Positions 16,837 through 24,290 of a stretch of DNA of 26,212 nucleotides are shown here, in pieces (within the stretch, counting starts at the first letter, position 1; each line of letters starts with the position of its first letter). Origin of the DNA: Candidatus Wolfebacteria bacterium GWA1_42_9 (GTDB lineage: Bacteria > Patescibacteriota > Minisyncoccia > UBA6257 > JAGOQP01); assembly GCA_001793775.1 (NCBI GenBank), contig MGIN01000027.1:9855-36066 (forward strand), read 5' to 3'. Position numbers and translations under genes: made by a program. A model generated the notes under the pieces. The model searched no databases. It was not told the origin of the DNA and worked only from the letters and a program-made list of their open reading frames with translations.

Positions 16837-18069
16837 ATGTCTTCTAAAAAAAAGAAAGTCACAATATTGATTATTTTGGTCGTCCTGGCGGCGGCGGGGG
16901 CAGGAACTTTTTTTGCTTTAAAGTCTGGCGTAACTATTCCTTTTCTGGGACTATCTGAACAGCTAAGCAAACAGCCGGGAGTGGATATAGGCAAGAAACC
17001 TGTTTTGCAGCCGCCACAACAGGACAAAGATGTTTATGTGGAAGAAGACGACCTGGCAGCTTATTACCAAGAGCAAAAACAGAAACTTTTTGCTTTAACC
17101 GCCGAGCCAATAATTGACTATTGGGTAGCTTCTTCCACGGCCATTGGTGACACTGCCACCTCCTCCATTCTGGCGGCCAGTGTTTTTTATATCAATGAAA
17201 AAGGAGACATTCTTCAGGTTAAAGAGACGGGGAAGGCATCACCGATAGTTTCTTCTTCCTTTGGAAAACCCCTCTGGCTTAAACAAAACGTCTTAGGGAG
17301 CCAGATAGCGGTTAAGTTTGAATCGGGGAAATTTGTCTTGTTTGACGTCAAGAACAAATCCTGGCGGGAAATGGAAGACGGAGTAACGGCGGTGGATTTC
17401 TCTCCCGATGGCCAGAGAATCGCCTTTCTCAAGGAGAATCAAAGTCAGACATCGGTTTATATTCAAGACTTGGCCAAGGCTAAACAACCGGTAACTTTAA
17501 TAGTTTCTCTGACAGCGGTTGACTTTAATCTCCTGTGGACAGAAACCGGCTCGTTGGCACTGACACCCAAACCCTCTTATTTTGTTAACGGCCAAGCTTG
17601 GCTGATTAATTTGAGTTCTCGCTCTCTTCGCTGGCTGGGAGGAGGCAGTGGTTACTCTTTGGTTTTTTCTTCTCCGTTTAACTTCGGCCTGGAATTTTCC
17701 AGCTCTGCAAGAACAGAAAGTAAGATTGGTTTGATTGATAAGTCGGGAAAATCACTAGCGGAACTTTCCTTCTCCACCGTGGCAGATAAATGCTCTTTTT
17801 CTTTGGAAAAAAAGGTAGCTTTCTGTGCCGTTCCTTATTCTGCCAACAAATCCTCTGGGTTGGTTTTGCCGGACGACTTTTTAAAAAGAGCTGTTTACTT
17901 TAAGGATGAGATTTATCGGATAGATCTTGAATCTTCGGCGGTGGATATTGTTTTTGATCTGGAAGATACCCTTTTTGATATGGTTGATATCAAACACCGG
18001 AGCGACCAGCTGTTCTTCATTAATCGCTACGATAATCAACTCTACCTCTACAATCTAGGATCATTATAA
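16837..18069 (+). CDS. Membrane-anchored TolB/WD40-like beta-propeller protein
   Basis: KKKK followed by an N-terminal TM helix; VDFSPDGQRIAFL blade motif and repeated beta-strand pattern. Confidence 0.7.
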   Translation: MSSKKKKVTILIILVVLAAAGAGTFFALKSGVTIPFLGLSEQLSKQPGVDIGKKPVLQPPQQDKDVYVEEDDLAAYYQEQKQKLFALTAEPIIDYWVASSTAIGDTATSSILAASVFYINEKGDILQVKETGKASPIVSSSFGKPLWLKQNVLGSQIAVKFESGKFVLFDVKNKSWREMEDGVTAVDFSPDGQRIAFLKENQSQTSVYIQDLAKAKQPVTLIVSLTAVDFNLLWTETGSLALTPKPSYFVNGQAWLINLSSRSLRWLGGGSGYSLVFSSPFNFGLEFSSSARTESKIGLIDKSGKSLAELSFSTVADKCSFSLEKKVAFCAVPYSANKSSGLVLPDDFLKRAVYFKDEIYRIDLESSAVDIVFDLEDTLFDMVDIKHRSDQLFFINRYDNQLYLYNLGSL

Positions 18070-18070
18070 A

Positions 18071-19405
18071 ATGAATAAGGAGAACCCCCACAGTTCAAAA
18101 CTGACTAAATATTTGAACCAGCCTGAGTTTCGGCCGGTTTTTTATCTGGTGCCTTTGATTGCGGCGGCGGCCGTCATTAACGTCATCTATCTTTCGGGAA
18201 TTTGGCTTTTTGTCAGCACCGGTATTTTAATCATTTCGGGGGCGTTGATGGTGGCTATTAGTTGGGTCCTAGCCAAAGCCAATTTAAACATTAAAATCAA
18301 AACTCTTCAGATGGACAGTATTATTTCCCATCTGCCATCGGGAGTTTTGGCCTATGACAATGACTTCAACGTTTTAATCTTTAATCCGGCCGCTCAGGAA
18401 ATTTTTGGCCTTTCCCAATCAGAAATTTTTGCAAGAAAGCTTTCAGCGGAGATGGCCTCCGACCCGAAATTCAAACTCCTGGCTCAGGTCATTTTTCCCT
18501 CTTTGGCGCCGACGGTTGTCAAAAGATCGGAGCCGGGAACCTATCCCCAGATAGTGGACATTTCTTTTAGCGACCCCTCTTTGGATTTGAGAGTAGTGAC
18601 CGACCGGGTTGCCGACGAAACGGGAAAGATAACCGGTTTTGTTAAATTAATCACTAACCGCACCCGGGAGATGGAACTTTTAAAGTCAAAAACCGAATTC
18701 ATCACCGTCGCCGCCCATCAACTAAGAACTCCTTTAACCGCCATTAACTGGTCGTTTGAATCGCTGGAATCGGCCAATCTTCCTCCCCAACAGAAGGAAT
18801 TAGTAGACACCGGATTTATGGCTGCCAAGAAAATGCTTAAAACCGTCAACGACCTTCTGGACGTTTCCAAAATCGAAGAGGGAAAATTCGGCTATCAATT
18901 TGAAGAGGTCAATCTGGTCTCTTACCTGGAGGAAATATTGGCTCAGAGCAACGATTTCGCCAAACAACTCGGAATTAAGCTTTATTTTCAAAGGCCGGCC
19001 AATTCCAATCTGATGGTCTTCATGGACAAACAGAAAGTAAGCATGGTTCTTTCCAATCTTTTGGACAATGCCATTAAATACAATGTGGAAAACGGGGAAG
19101 TGACGGTGTCGGTTGAAGAGGAAAAAGACGAGCCTTTTATTAGAGTTTCAGTTAAAGATACGGGCATCGGTATCCCCGCTGATCAGATAGATAAGTTATT
19201 CACTAAATTCTTCCGGGCTGAAAATGTTGCCCGGTATTCTCCCGACGGAACAGGGATGGGCCTTTATATTGCCAGAAACGTCGTTGTTCGCCACGGTGGG
19301 CGGATTTGGGCCGAGTCGGAATTGAACCGGGGAACCACTTTTTATTTTACCTTACCGACTAAACAAGAAGTTATTCCCAAAAGGGAAATGATAGAGTTTG
19401 AGTAA
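18071..19405 (+). CDS. Sensor histidine kinase (two TM helices, PAS, HisKA, HATPase_c), no cognate response regulator in the window
   Basis: H box VAAHQLRTPLT, N box NLLDNAIKY, G1 DTGIGIP, F box LFTKFFRA, G2 GTGMGLYIA; PAS-like FNPAAQEIFG. Confidence 0.93.
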   Translation: MNKENPHSSKLTKYLNQPEFRPVFYLVPLIAAAAVINVIYLSGIWLFVSTGILIISGALMVAISWVLAKANLNIKIKTLQMDSIISHLPSGVLAYDNDFNVLIFNPAAQEIFGLSQSEIFARKLSAEMASDPKFKLLAQVIFPSLAPTVVKRSEPGTYPQIVDISFSDPSLDLRVVTDRVADETGKITGFVKLITNRTREMELLKSKTEFITVAAHQLRTPLTAINWSFESLESANLPPQQKELVDTGFMAAKKMLKTVNDLLDVSKIEEGKFGYQFEEVNLVSYLEEILAQSNDFAKQLGIKLYFQRPANSNLMVFMDKQKVSMVLSNLLDNAIKYNVENGEVTVSVEEEKDEPFIRVSVKDTGIGIPADQIDKLFTKFFRAENVARYSPDGTGMGLYIARNVVVRHGGRIWAESELNRGTTFYFTLPTKQEVIPKREMIEFE

Positions 19406-19433
19406 AGAGCTTTGTCTCCACTCTGGTGGAGTA

Positions 19434-19602
19434 ACAAAACCTTTACCCCGCTCCAATTTTGCCAGTGTTTATCCTGCGGAGCGCGGGTACCGAATAGGTA
19501 CACCCCATTACGAGCGAAGCGCTTCGCCCCAGGGAGGGATGGAGTTACTCACTCCTCGCACTTCGCTTGGTGAGACAGAAGCAAAATTGGGGCGGGGTGC
19601 TC
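19434..19602. mobile_element. MITE/REP-like non-coding element with 18-bp terminal inverted repeats (long copy)
   Basis: ACCCCGCTCCAATTTTGC (19445-62) and GCAAAATTGGGGCGGGGT (19581-98) match 17/18; internal hairpins GTACC/GGTAC, GCGAAG/CTTCGC and GGAGT/ACTCC; related copy at 20617-20677. Confidence 0.7.
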
Positions 19603-19649
19603 AATACTGTAGTTATTCTTCATTATCATTCAGAATAAACATTATTGGC

Positions 19650-20576
19650 ATGCCCGAACTTCCTGAGGTTCAAACCATCGTCACTGATCTGAAAAGGAGA
19701 ATTATCGGCAAGAAGATTGCCGATTTCTGGACCGACACTCCCCGAATTATAAAAGGTTTCTCGCCGAACGATTTTAAAAGAGAAGTTGTCGGGTTTGAAA
19801 TCGCCGACGTTCAAAGACGGGGGAAAAACATTCTTTTTTATCTTGAAAAAACAATAAGAAAAAGAAAGGATAAAAAAATTATGCTGGCTCATCAGAAAAT
19901 GACGGGCCATTTCTTGATTGGGCGCTGGCGGATTCACCCTCCAAAATTTTCTGAAGGAAAACTTAGGGGGGTAAAAAGGGTTGATGCCACGGTAAAAGGA
20001 CCAATTGCCTCCGATCCCTATAACCAGTATATCAGAGTCATTTTTAGGCTAGATAACGGTTGGGAACTGGGCCTCTCCGATTTGAGGAAATTTGCCCGAA
20101 TTACCGTCGGCCCTCCCCAAAAAATAGAACACTCGAAAGAAATCGCTTCTCTTGGACCCGATGCTCTTTCTCCAAAATTTTCCCCAAAATATCTTTTTTC
20201 TGTTCTCCAGAAGAGAAAAAAGTTGATTAAGCCAATTCTTCTGGAGCAAAACGTAATGGCCGGAGTAGGCAATATCTACGCCGACGAGGCTCTTTTTCTG
20301 GCCAAGATTAATCCTCAAAGAAAAGCCGCCGGCGTTAAGCGTTCGGAGGTTGAGAGATTGATTAAATCTATTAAAAAAGTTCTTCAAAAGTCTATTCGTT
20401 TAAAAGGGACCTCGGTTATCGACTACCGAGATACTTATGGCCGGAGAGGAAAGTACGACAAAGTTCGCTGGGTTTATGATAAGGAAAAGCTTCCCTGCCG
20501 AATCTGCCGGACGCTGATAAAAAGAGTCAAAATCGGTCAACGCTCTTCCTATTTTTGCCCCCGCTGTCAGAAGTAA
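19650..20576 (+). CDS. mutM: Formamidopyrimidine-DNA glycosylase Fpg/MutM
   Basis: The true start is MPELPEV at 19650 because the catalytic Pro2 needs it. Also RRGK, HQKMTG, GVGNIYADE and the CRIC...CPRCQ zinc finger. Confidence 0.96.
   Translation: MPELPEVQTIVTDLKRRIIGKKIADFWTDTPRIIKGFSPNDFKREVVGFEIADVQRRGKNILFYLEKTIRKRKDKKIMLAHQKMTGHFLIGRWRIHPPKFSEGKLRGVKRVDATVKGPIASDPYNQYIRVIFRLDNGWELGLSDLRKFARITVGPPQKIEHSKEIASLGPDALSPKFSPKYLFSVLQKRKKLIKPILLEQNVMAGVGNIYADEALFLAKINPQRKAAGVKRSEVERLIKSIKKVLQKSIRLKGTSVIDYRDTYGRRGKYDKVRWVYDKEKLPCRICRTLIKRVKIGQRSSYFCPRCQK
19928..19972. repeat. ~45-bp palindromic element, in-frame copy inside mutM
   Basis: GCGGATTCACCCTCCAAAATTTTCTGAAGGAAAACTTAGGGGGGT; encodes RIHPPKFSEGKLRG. 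Confidence 0.85.
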
Positions 20577-20586
20577 AGGGCTTTAT

Positions 20587-20614
20587 TCCCGCTCTTTTGA
20601 GAAAAAGGGCGGGA
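20587..20614. terminator. GC-rich hairpin after mutM (terminator-like, or part of the adjacent element)
   Basis: TCCCGCTCTTTT-GAGA-AAAAGGGCGGGA: 12-bp stem with one G-T pair and a GNRA-type loop; no U-tract on the + strand. Confidence 0.45.
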
Positions 20615-20616
20615 CC

Positions 20617-20677
20617 ACAAAACCTTTACCCCGCCCTAATTTTGCTTCTGTCTCACCAAGCGAAGTGCGGGGTGCTC
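20617..20677. mobile_element. MITE/REP-like element (short copy)
   Basis: Same ACAAAACCTTTACCCCGC start and GCGGGGTGCTC end as 19434-19602. 20628-20669 is the reverse complement of 19557-19598 (41/42). Confidence 0.7.
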
Positions 20678-20687
20678 GTATTTATAA

Positions 20688-20723
20688 ACAAACTTTTGAA
20701 CTGTGTTCAAAAGTTTGTATAAT
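20688..20723 (+). promoter_or_regulatory. pyrG promoter overlapped by a 14-bp inverted repeat
   Basis: TTGAAC(20696)-N16-TATAAT(20718); ACAAACTTTTGAAC-TGT-GTTCAAAAGTTTGT spans 20688-20718. Confidence 0.6.
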
Positions 20724-20729
20724 TACGGC

Positions 20730-22460
20730 ATGGTCAGAAAGTATATTTTTGTTGTCGGGGGAGTAATGTCGGGAGTGGGTAAGGGTATCGCTGCCTCCTC
20801 CATCGGACGACTCTTGCAAGATAGCGGCTTTGAAGTAACCGCTTTCAAAATTGACCCTTATATTAACGTTGATGCCGGCACGATGAATCCCACTGAACAT
20901 GGGGAAGTTTTTATTTTGGAGGATGGAACCGAGTGTGATCAGGACATGGGAAACTACGAAAGGTTTCTGGAACGCAATTTCTCCAAAAACAACTACATGA
21001 CCACTGGCAGCGTTTATCTTTCGGTAATCAACAAGGAAAGAAATTTGGGATATCAGGGAAAATGCGTTGAAGTCGTACCCCACATTCCTTTGGCGGTAAT
21101 TGAAAAAATAAATTTCTCTCTCTCCTCTTCAAAATCAGAGATCGGAGTGATTGAAATTGGCGGAACGGTAGGCGAGTATCAAAATATTCTTTTTTTGGAA
21201 GCGGTCAGGATTTTGAAATTAAAATATCCCAAAGATGTTTTGTTGTGCCTTGTCAGTTATCTGCCGCTTTTAAACAAGGACAATGAGCTAAAAACCAAAC
21301 CGACCCAATATGCCGTCAAAACCCTAAACTCTGCTGGATTGCAACCGGACATTGTTTTGGGAAGAGCCGCCTTTCCTTTGGATAGTAAAAGGAGAGAGAA
21401 AATTGCTTTTAATTGTAATCTGAGAAAGGAAGATGTTTTCTCGGCTCCGGATGTAGAGACAATTTATCAGGTCCCGCTCAACTTTAAAAAAGAGGGACTG
21501 GACCGTCTGATTTTGGAAAAACTTTCCTTGAGAAAAAAGGCGGATTCTTTCCGAAAATGGAAAGAGTTGGTTAAGAAAATCGCCGCGGTCAAAAAGGAGG
21601 TTTCTATCGGCATTGTCGGCAAATACTTTGCCTCCGGCTCGTTTGTTCTGACAGATTCCTACATATCGGTAATTGAGGCCGTTAAACACGCCGCTTTTTC
21701 TCTTGGTTTTAGGCCAACTATTAGTTGGCTGGACGCTTCTGACTTTGAGGAAACTCAACGCGACCCCGCCCAAATCAAGAAAAATCTGGAAACTCTTAAA
21801 AAATATCACGGTATCATTATTCCCGGGGGTTTTGGCAGCCGGTCGGTGGAGGGGAAAATCAGAGTCATTCAGTTTGTCCGGGAGAACAAAATACCCTTCA
21901 TCGGGATTTGCTACGGAATGCAATTGGCGGTAGTGGAATTTACCAGAAATGTTTTGAAGTTAAAAAGAGCCAACACTACGGAAATAGACCCTGCCACCCC
22001 TTTCCCGGTGATTGACATTCTGCCCGAGCAGAAAATAAATCTGGAAAAGAAAGATTTTGGAGGAACGATGCGCTTAGGAATCTATCCGGCGGTGATTAAA
22101 GAAAATTCTTTGGCTTTCCGGGCCTATCGAAAATCTCATAGATTTCATCTGGGACCGGAAGAAGAGAAGCAAGCCAGGGCCGACTCTAAAAAATTGGTAA
22201 TCAAAGAAAGACATCGTCATCGTTATGAAGTTAATCCCGATTATCTTAAGACTTTGGAGAAAGCGGGACTTTCCCTTTCGGGGTTGTCTCCTTCAGGAAG
22301 GTTGGCGGAGATTGTGGAACTGCCCCCCAATACCCATCCTTTTTTTGTTGGAACCCAATTTCATCCGGAACTCACTTCCCGCCCGCTAGATCCCAACCCC
22401 TTGTTCAAGGAATTTATCAGAACCAGCTCTAGAAGAACATCAAAAAACAACAAGCCCTAA
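20730..22460 (+). CDS. pyrG: CTP synthase
   Basis: Start MVRKYIFVVGGVMSGVGKG; KIDPYINVDAGTMNPTEHGEVF, GICYGMQ, ERHRHRYE and QFHPE. Confidence 0.97.
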   Translation: MVRKYIFVVGGVMSGVGKGIAASSIGRLLQDSGFEVTAFKIDPYINVDAGTMNPTEHGEVFILEDGTECDQDMGNYERFLERNFSKNNYMTTGSVYLSVINKERNLGYQGKCVEVVPHIPLAVIEKINFSLSSSKSEIGVIEIGGTVGEYQNILFLEAVRILKLKYPKDVLLCLVSYLPLLNKDNELKTKPTQYAVKTLNSAGLQPDIVLGRAAFPLDSKRREKIAFNCNLRKEDVFSAPDVETIYQVPLNFKKEGLDRLILEKLSLRKKADSFRKWKELVKKIAAVKKEVSIGIVGKYFASGSFVLTDSYISVIEAVKHAAFSLGFRPTISWLDASDFEETQRDPAQIKKNLETLKKYHGIIIPGGFGSRSVEGKIRVIQFVRENKIPFIGICYGMQLAVVEFTRNVLKLKRANTTEIDPATPFPVIDILPEQKINLEKKDFGGTMRLGIYPAVIKENSLAFRAYRKSHRFHLGPEEEKQARADSKKLVIKERHRHRYEVNPDYLKTLEKAGLSLSGLSPSGRLAEIVELPPNTHPFFVGTQFHPELTSRPLDPNPLFKEFIRTSSRRTSKNNKP

Positions 22461-22467
22461 ACTACTT

Positions 22468-23274
22468 ATGTTCTATATTCTCCACGGACCCAACTACTAT
22501 CAGAGACAGAAGAAAGCGGCCCAACTAATAGAAGCGGCCCGAGCCAAATATCCTCTTTTGGCAGTCGGCCGGTTTTTTCTGGACGAAGAGGAAGATCTGG
22601 AGAGGTTAATAAATTTTTCCACCTCTAGGAGTCTTTTTGAGAGGGGCAAGAGAGCAATTGTTGTCAGCGGGTTGTTTTCTCTGGAAGACGAGGCGATTAG
22701 AGAAAGAATTTTGCTTCTCTCCCAATCACCCGATTTTTTGTTGATTGCCAATGAGACCGAAAAAATAGACCGGCAGATAGAAAAAATCAGCGGGTCTTTG
22801 AAGTTTGAAAAACAATATTTTGGAGAGTTGAGAAGAGAGGAATTGGCTGAATTTTTGACCAAAGAATCTCTTCTTTTGGAAATCAAAATAGAGTCGGCGG
22901 CTTTAAATTTTTTGATTGATGTTCTCGGTCTGGACACCGGCGGCTTGGTGAACGAGATTAAAAAACTGTCCCTGGCGGCCAACCCAATCACCCTTTCTTT
23001 CGTCAAATCTCTCGGCTGGTATATAGAGAGCTTCGGCATCTTTGATCTTTCCCGGGAGGTTAACAACCCAAGATTTAATTTAAAAAACCGACTCTTTTTC
23101 TGGGAAACGCTTTTGTTTCAAAAAATTGAGCTTGGTTTTGTTTTTAACTATCTGGCTAAGGTTGCTTCTGATAGGGATTTTATAGCCCAGCTGGCTTGGG
23201 CAGACAGGAAGATCAAGTCGGGGCTGCTCTCGGTTGATCAGGCGCTTTTGAAAGTGGTTTTATCTCCCAAATAA
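22468..23274 (+). CDS. holA: DNA polymerase III delta subunit (HolA)-like, shortened
   Basis: MFYILHG N-terminus, SRSLF...IVV, I...A.NFLI..LG.D...L.NEI.KL pattern; located next to rpsT, a common holA context. Confidence 0.7.
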   Translation: MFYILHGPNYYQRQKKAAQLIEAARAKYPLLAVGRFFLDEEEDLERLINFSTSRSLFERGKRAIVVSGLFSLEDEAIRERILLLSQSPDFLLIANETEKIDRQIEKISGSLKFEKQYFGELRREELAEFLTKESLLLEIKIESAALNFLIDVLGLDTGGLVNEIKKLSLAANPITLSFVKSLGWYIESFGIFDLSREVNNPRFNLKNRLFFWETLLFQKIELGFVFNYLAKVASDRDFIAQLAWADRKIKSGLLSVDQALLKVVLSPK

Positions 23275-23310
23275 AAAATCGCCCCAAATCCATTGGGGCG
23301 AATATTTTTT
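23273..23310. terminator. Bidirectional intrinsic terminator between convergent holA and rpsT
   Basis: A6-TCGCCCCAA-ATCCA-TTGGGGCGA-ATA-T6. Confidence 0.85.
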
Positions 23311-23575
23311 AAGACGAAATTTTGGCTAGAAGCTTGCTGGCGCGGGACTTGATACGGGCGGCTTTGTTTTTCTTGATATATCCTGTTTTGGCAGTTTTAT
23401 CGGCGGTCTTGTAGATTTTTTTTAAAACCTCCCGGGCTTCCTTGATTTTCTTTTCTTGAATAAGTTTCTGGAAAGCTTTGGTTGTTTCTTTCAACTCCGC
23501 CTTTCTTTTAAGGTTGAGTTTTCGGTGGCGGACATTTTGCCGCAGGGCCTTTTTGGCCGATTGGATGATGGGCAT
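23309..23575 (-). CDS. rpsT: 30S ribosomal protein S20
   Basis: MPIIQSAKKALRQ...N...K...D K.AK.G.IKKNKAARIKSR pattern; 88 aa. Confidence 0.96.
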   Translation of the reverse strand: MPIIQSAKKALRQNVRHRKLNLKRKAELKETTKAFQKLIQEKKIKEAREVLKKIYKTADKTAKTGYIKKNKAARIKSRASKLLAKISS

Positions 23576-23579
23576 TTCT

Positions 23580-23607
23580 TTAACTGGTAACCAATAACTT
23601 ATAACGG
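23580..23607 (-). repeat. Heptamer array forming the rpsT leader
   Basis: + strand TTAACTG GTAACCA ATAACTT ATAACGG, which is a GTTA-core array on the - strand. Confidence 0.75.
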
Positions 23608-23611
23608 AGGT

Positions 23612-23640
23612 ATGGTATCAAAGGGATACTTTAAAGTCAA
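23612..23640 (-). promoter_or_regulatory. rpsT sigma70-type promoter
   Basis: Minus strand TTGACT-N17-TACCAT with TG at the extended -10 position. Confidence 0.75.
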
Positions 23641-23652
23641 TTGTTTTTCAGC

Positions 23653-23658
23653 TATGAT
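23653..23658 (+). promoter_or_regulatory. Candidate ruvA -10 box
   Basis: TATGAT, with a weak TTTAAA 17 nt upstream that abuts the divergent rpsT -35. Confidence 0.5.
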
Positions 23659-23664
23659 TATCCA

Positions 23665-23699
23665 GTTATCGGTTATCCGTTATTGGTCATCTGTTATTT
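23665..23699 (+). repeat. Heptamer array forming the ruvA leader
   Basis: GTTATCG GTTATCC GTTATTG GTCATCT GTTATTT. Confidence 0.8.
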
Positions 23700-23702
23700 T
23701 AT

Positions 23703-24287
23703 ATGATTTATTCCTTATCGGGAAAAGTTACTCATAAAGAAGACGGTTTTTTGGTGGTGGAAACGGGAGGGGTCGGTTTTTCGGTTTTCATTCCGCGGCA
23801 TCTTTTGGCAAAAACCTCTATCAGACAAAAGATATCTCTTTTTTGTTTTTTTTCCCCGGAAAATTTTGAACTCTATGGGTTTTCTCAAAAGGAAGAACTT
23901 TCTCTTTTTAAGCTCTTGAATACTGTTCCCGGAATCGGGCCGCGGATGGCTTTGAAACTGATAAACGGCGTGGGCTTCTCCCATCTGATGGAAGCGATTG
24001 TCAGAGAAAAAGGTGAAATTATTTCAAAAAGAGGAGGAGTAGGAACCAAAACCGCCTCTAAAGTGATTCTGGAATTAAAGGAGAAGGTGAAGAAAATGGA
24101 TTTGAAACACAAAGAAACGGTTGGTTTTGAGGAAGAAGAGCTTTTGGAAGAGGTTCTCAAGGGCCTGGGATATCGTAAAAAGGACATTGAATATGCAGCC
24201 GACAAGGTTTTGAAAGGGTCGGATAAGTTTGAAGAAAAAGTGAAAGCGGCTTTGAAGTTGCTGGCCCAAAAATACCAAAAAAGATAA
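23703..24287 (+). CDS. ruvA: Holliday junction branch migration protein RuvA
   Basis: MIYSLSGKV...VVETGGVGF, ELYGF, HhH LNTVPGIGPRMAL, GVGTKTASKVILELK, and C-terminal L.GLGY. Confidence 0.95.
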   Translation: MIYSLSGKVTHKEDGFLVVETGGVGFSVFIPRHLLAKTSIRQKISLFCFFSPENFELYGFSQKEELSLFKLLNTVPGIGPRMALKLINGVGFSHLMEAIVREKGEIISKRGGVGTKTASKVILELKEKVKKMDLKHKETVGFEEEELLEEVLKGLGYRKKDIEYAADKVLKGSDKFEEKVKAALKLLAQKYQKR

Positions 24288-24290
24288 AAC

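Noticed and set aside
5489-19405. Integrative conjugative element or prophage
   Set aside because: No integrase, relaxase, att-like direct repeats, phage structural genes or visible compositional shift.
19398-19649. 84-aa N-terminal extension of MutM in the ORF track
   Set aside because: Fpg needs an N-terminal Pro (MPELPEV at 19650). The extension is just an open frame through the palindromic element.
19434-20677. Possible CRISPR repeats (ACAAAAC resembles type II repeat ends)
   Set aside because: Only two copies, 1.2 kb apart around a gene, with no regular spacers and no cas genes.
23703-24287. ruvA without adjacent ruvB or ruvC
   Set aside because: Split ruv genes are common, and a single window cannot show absence from the genome.
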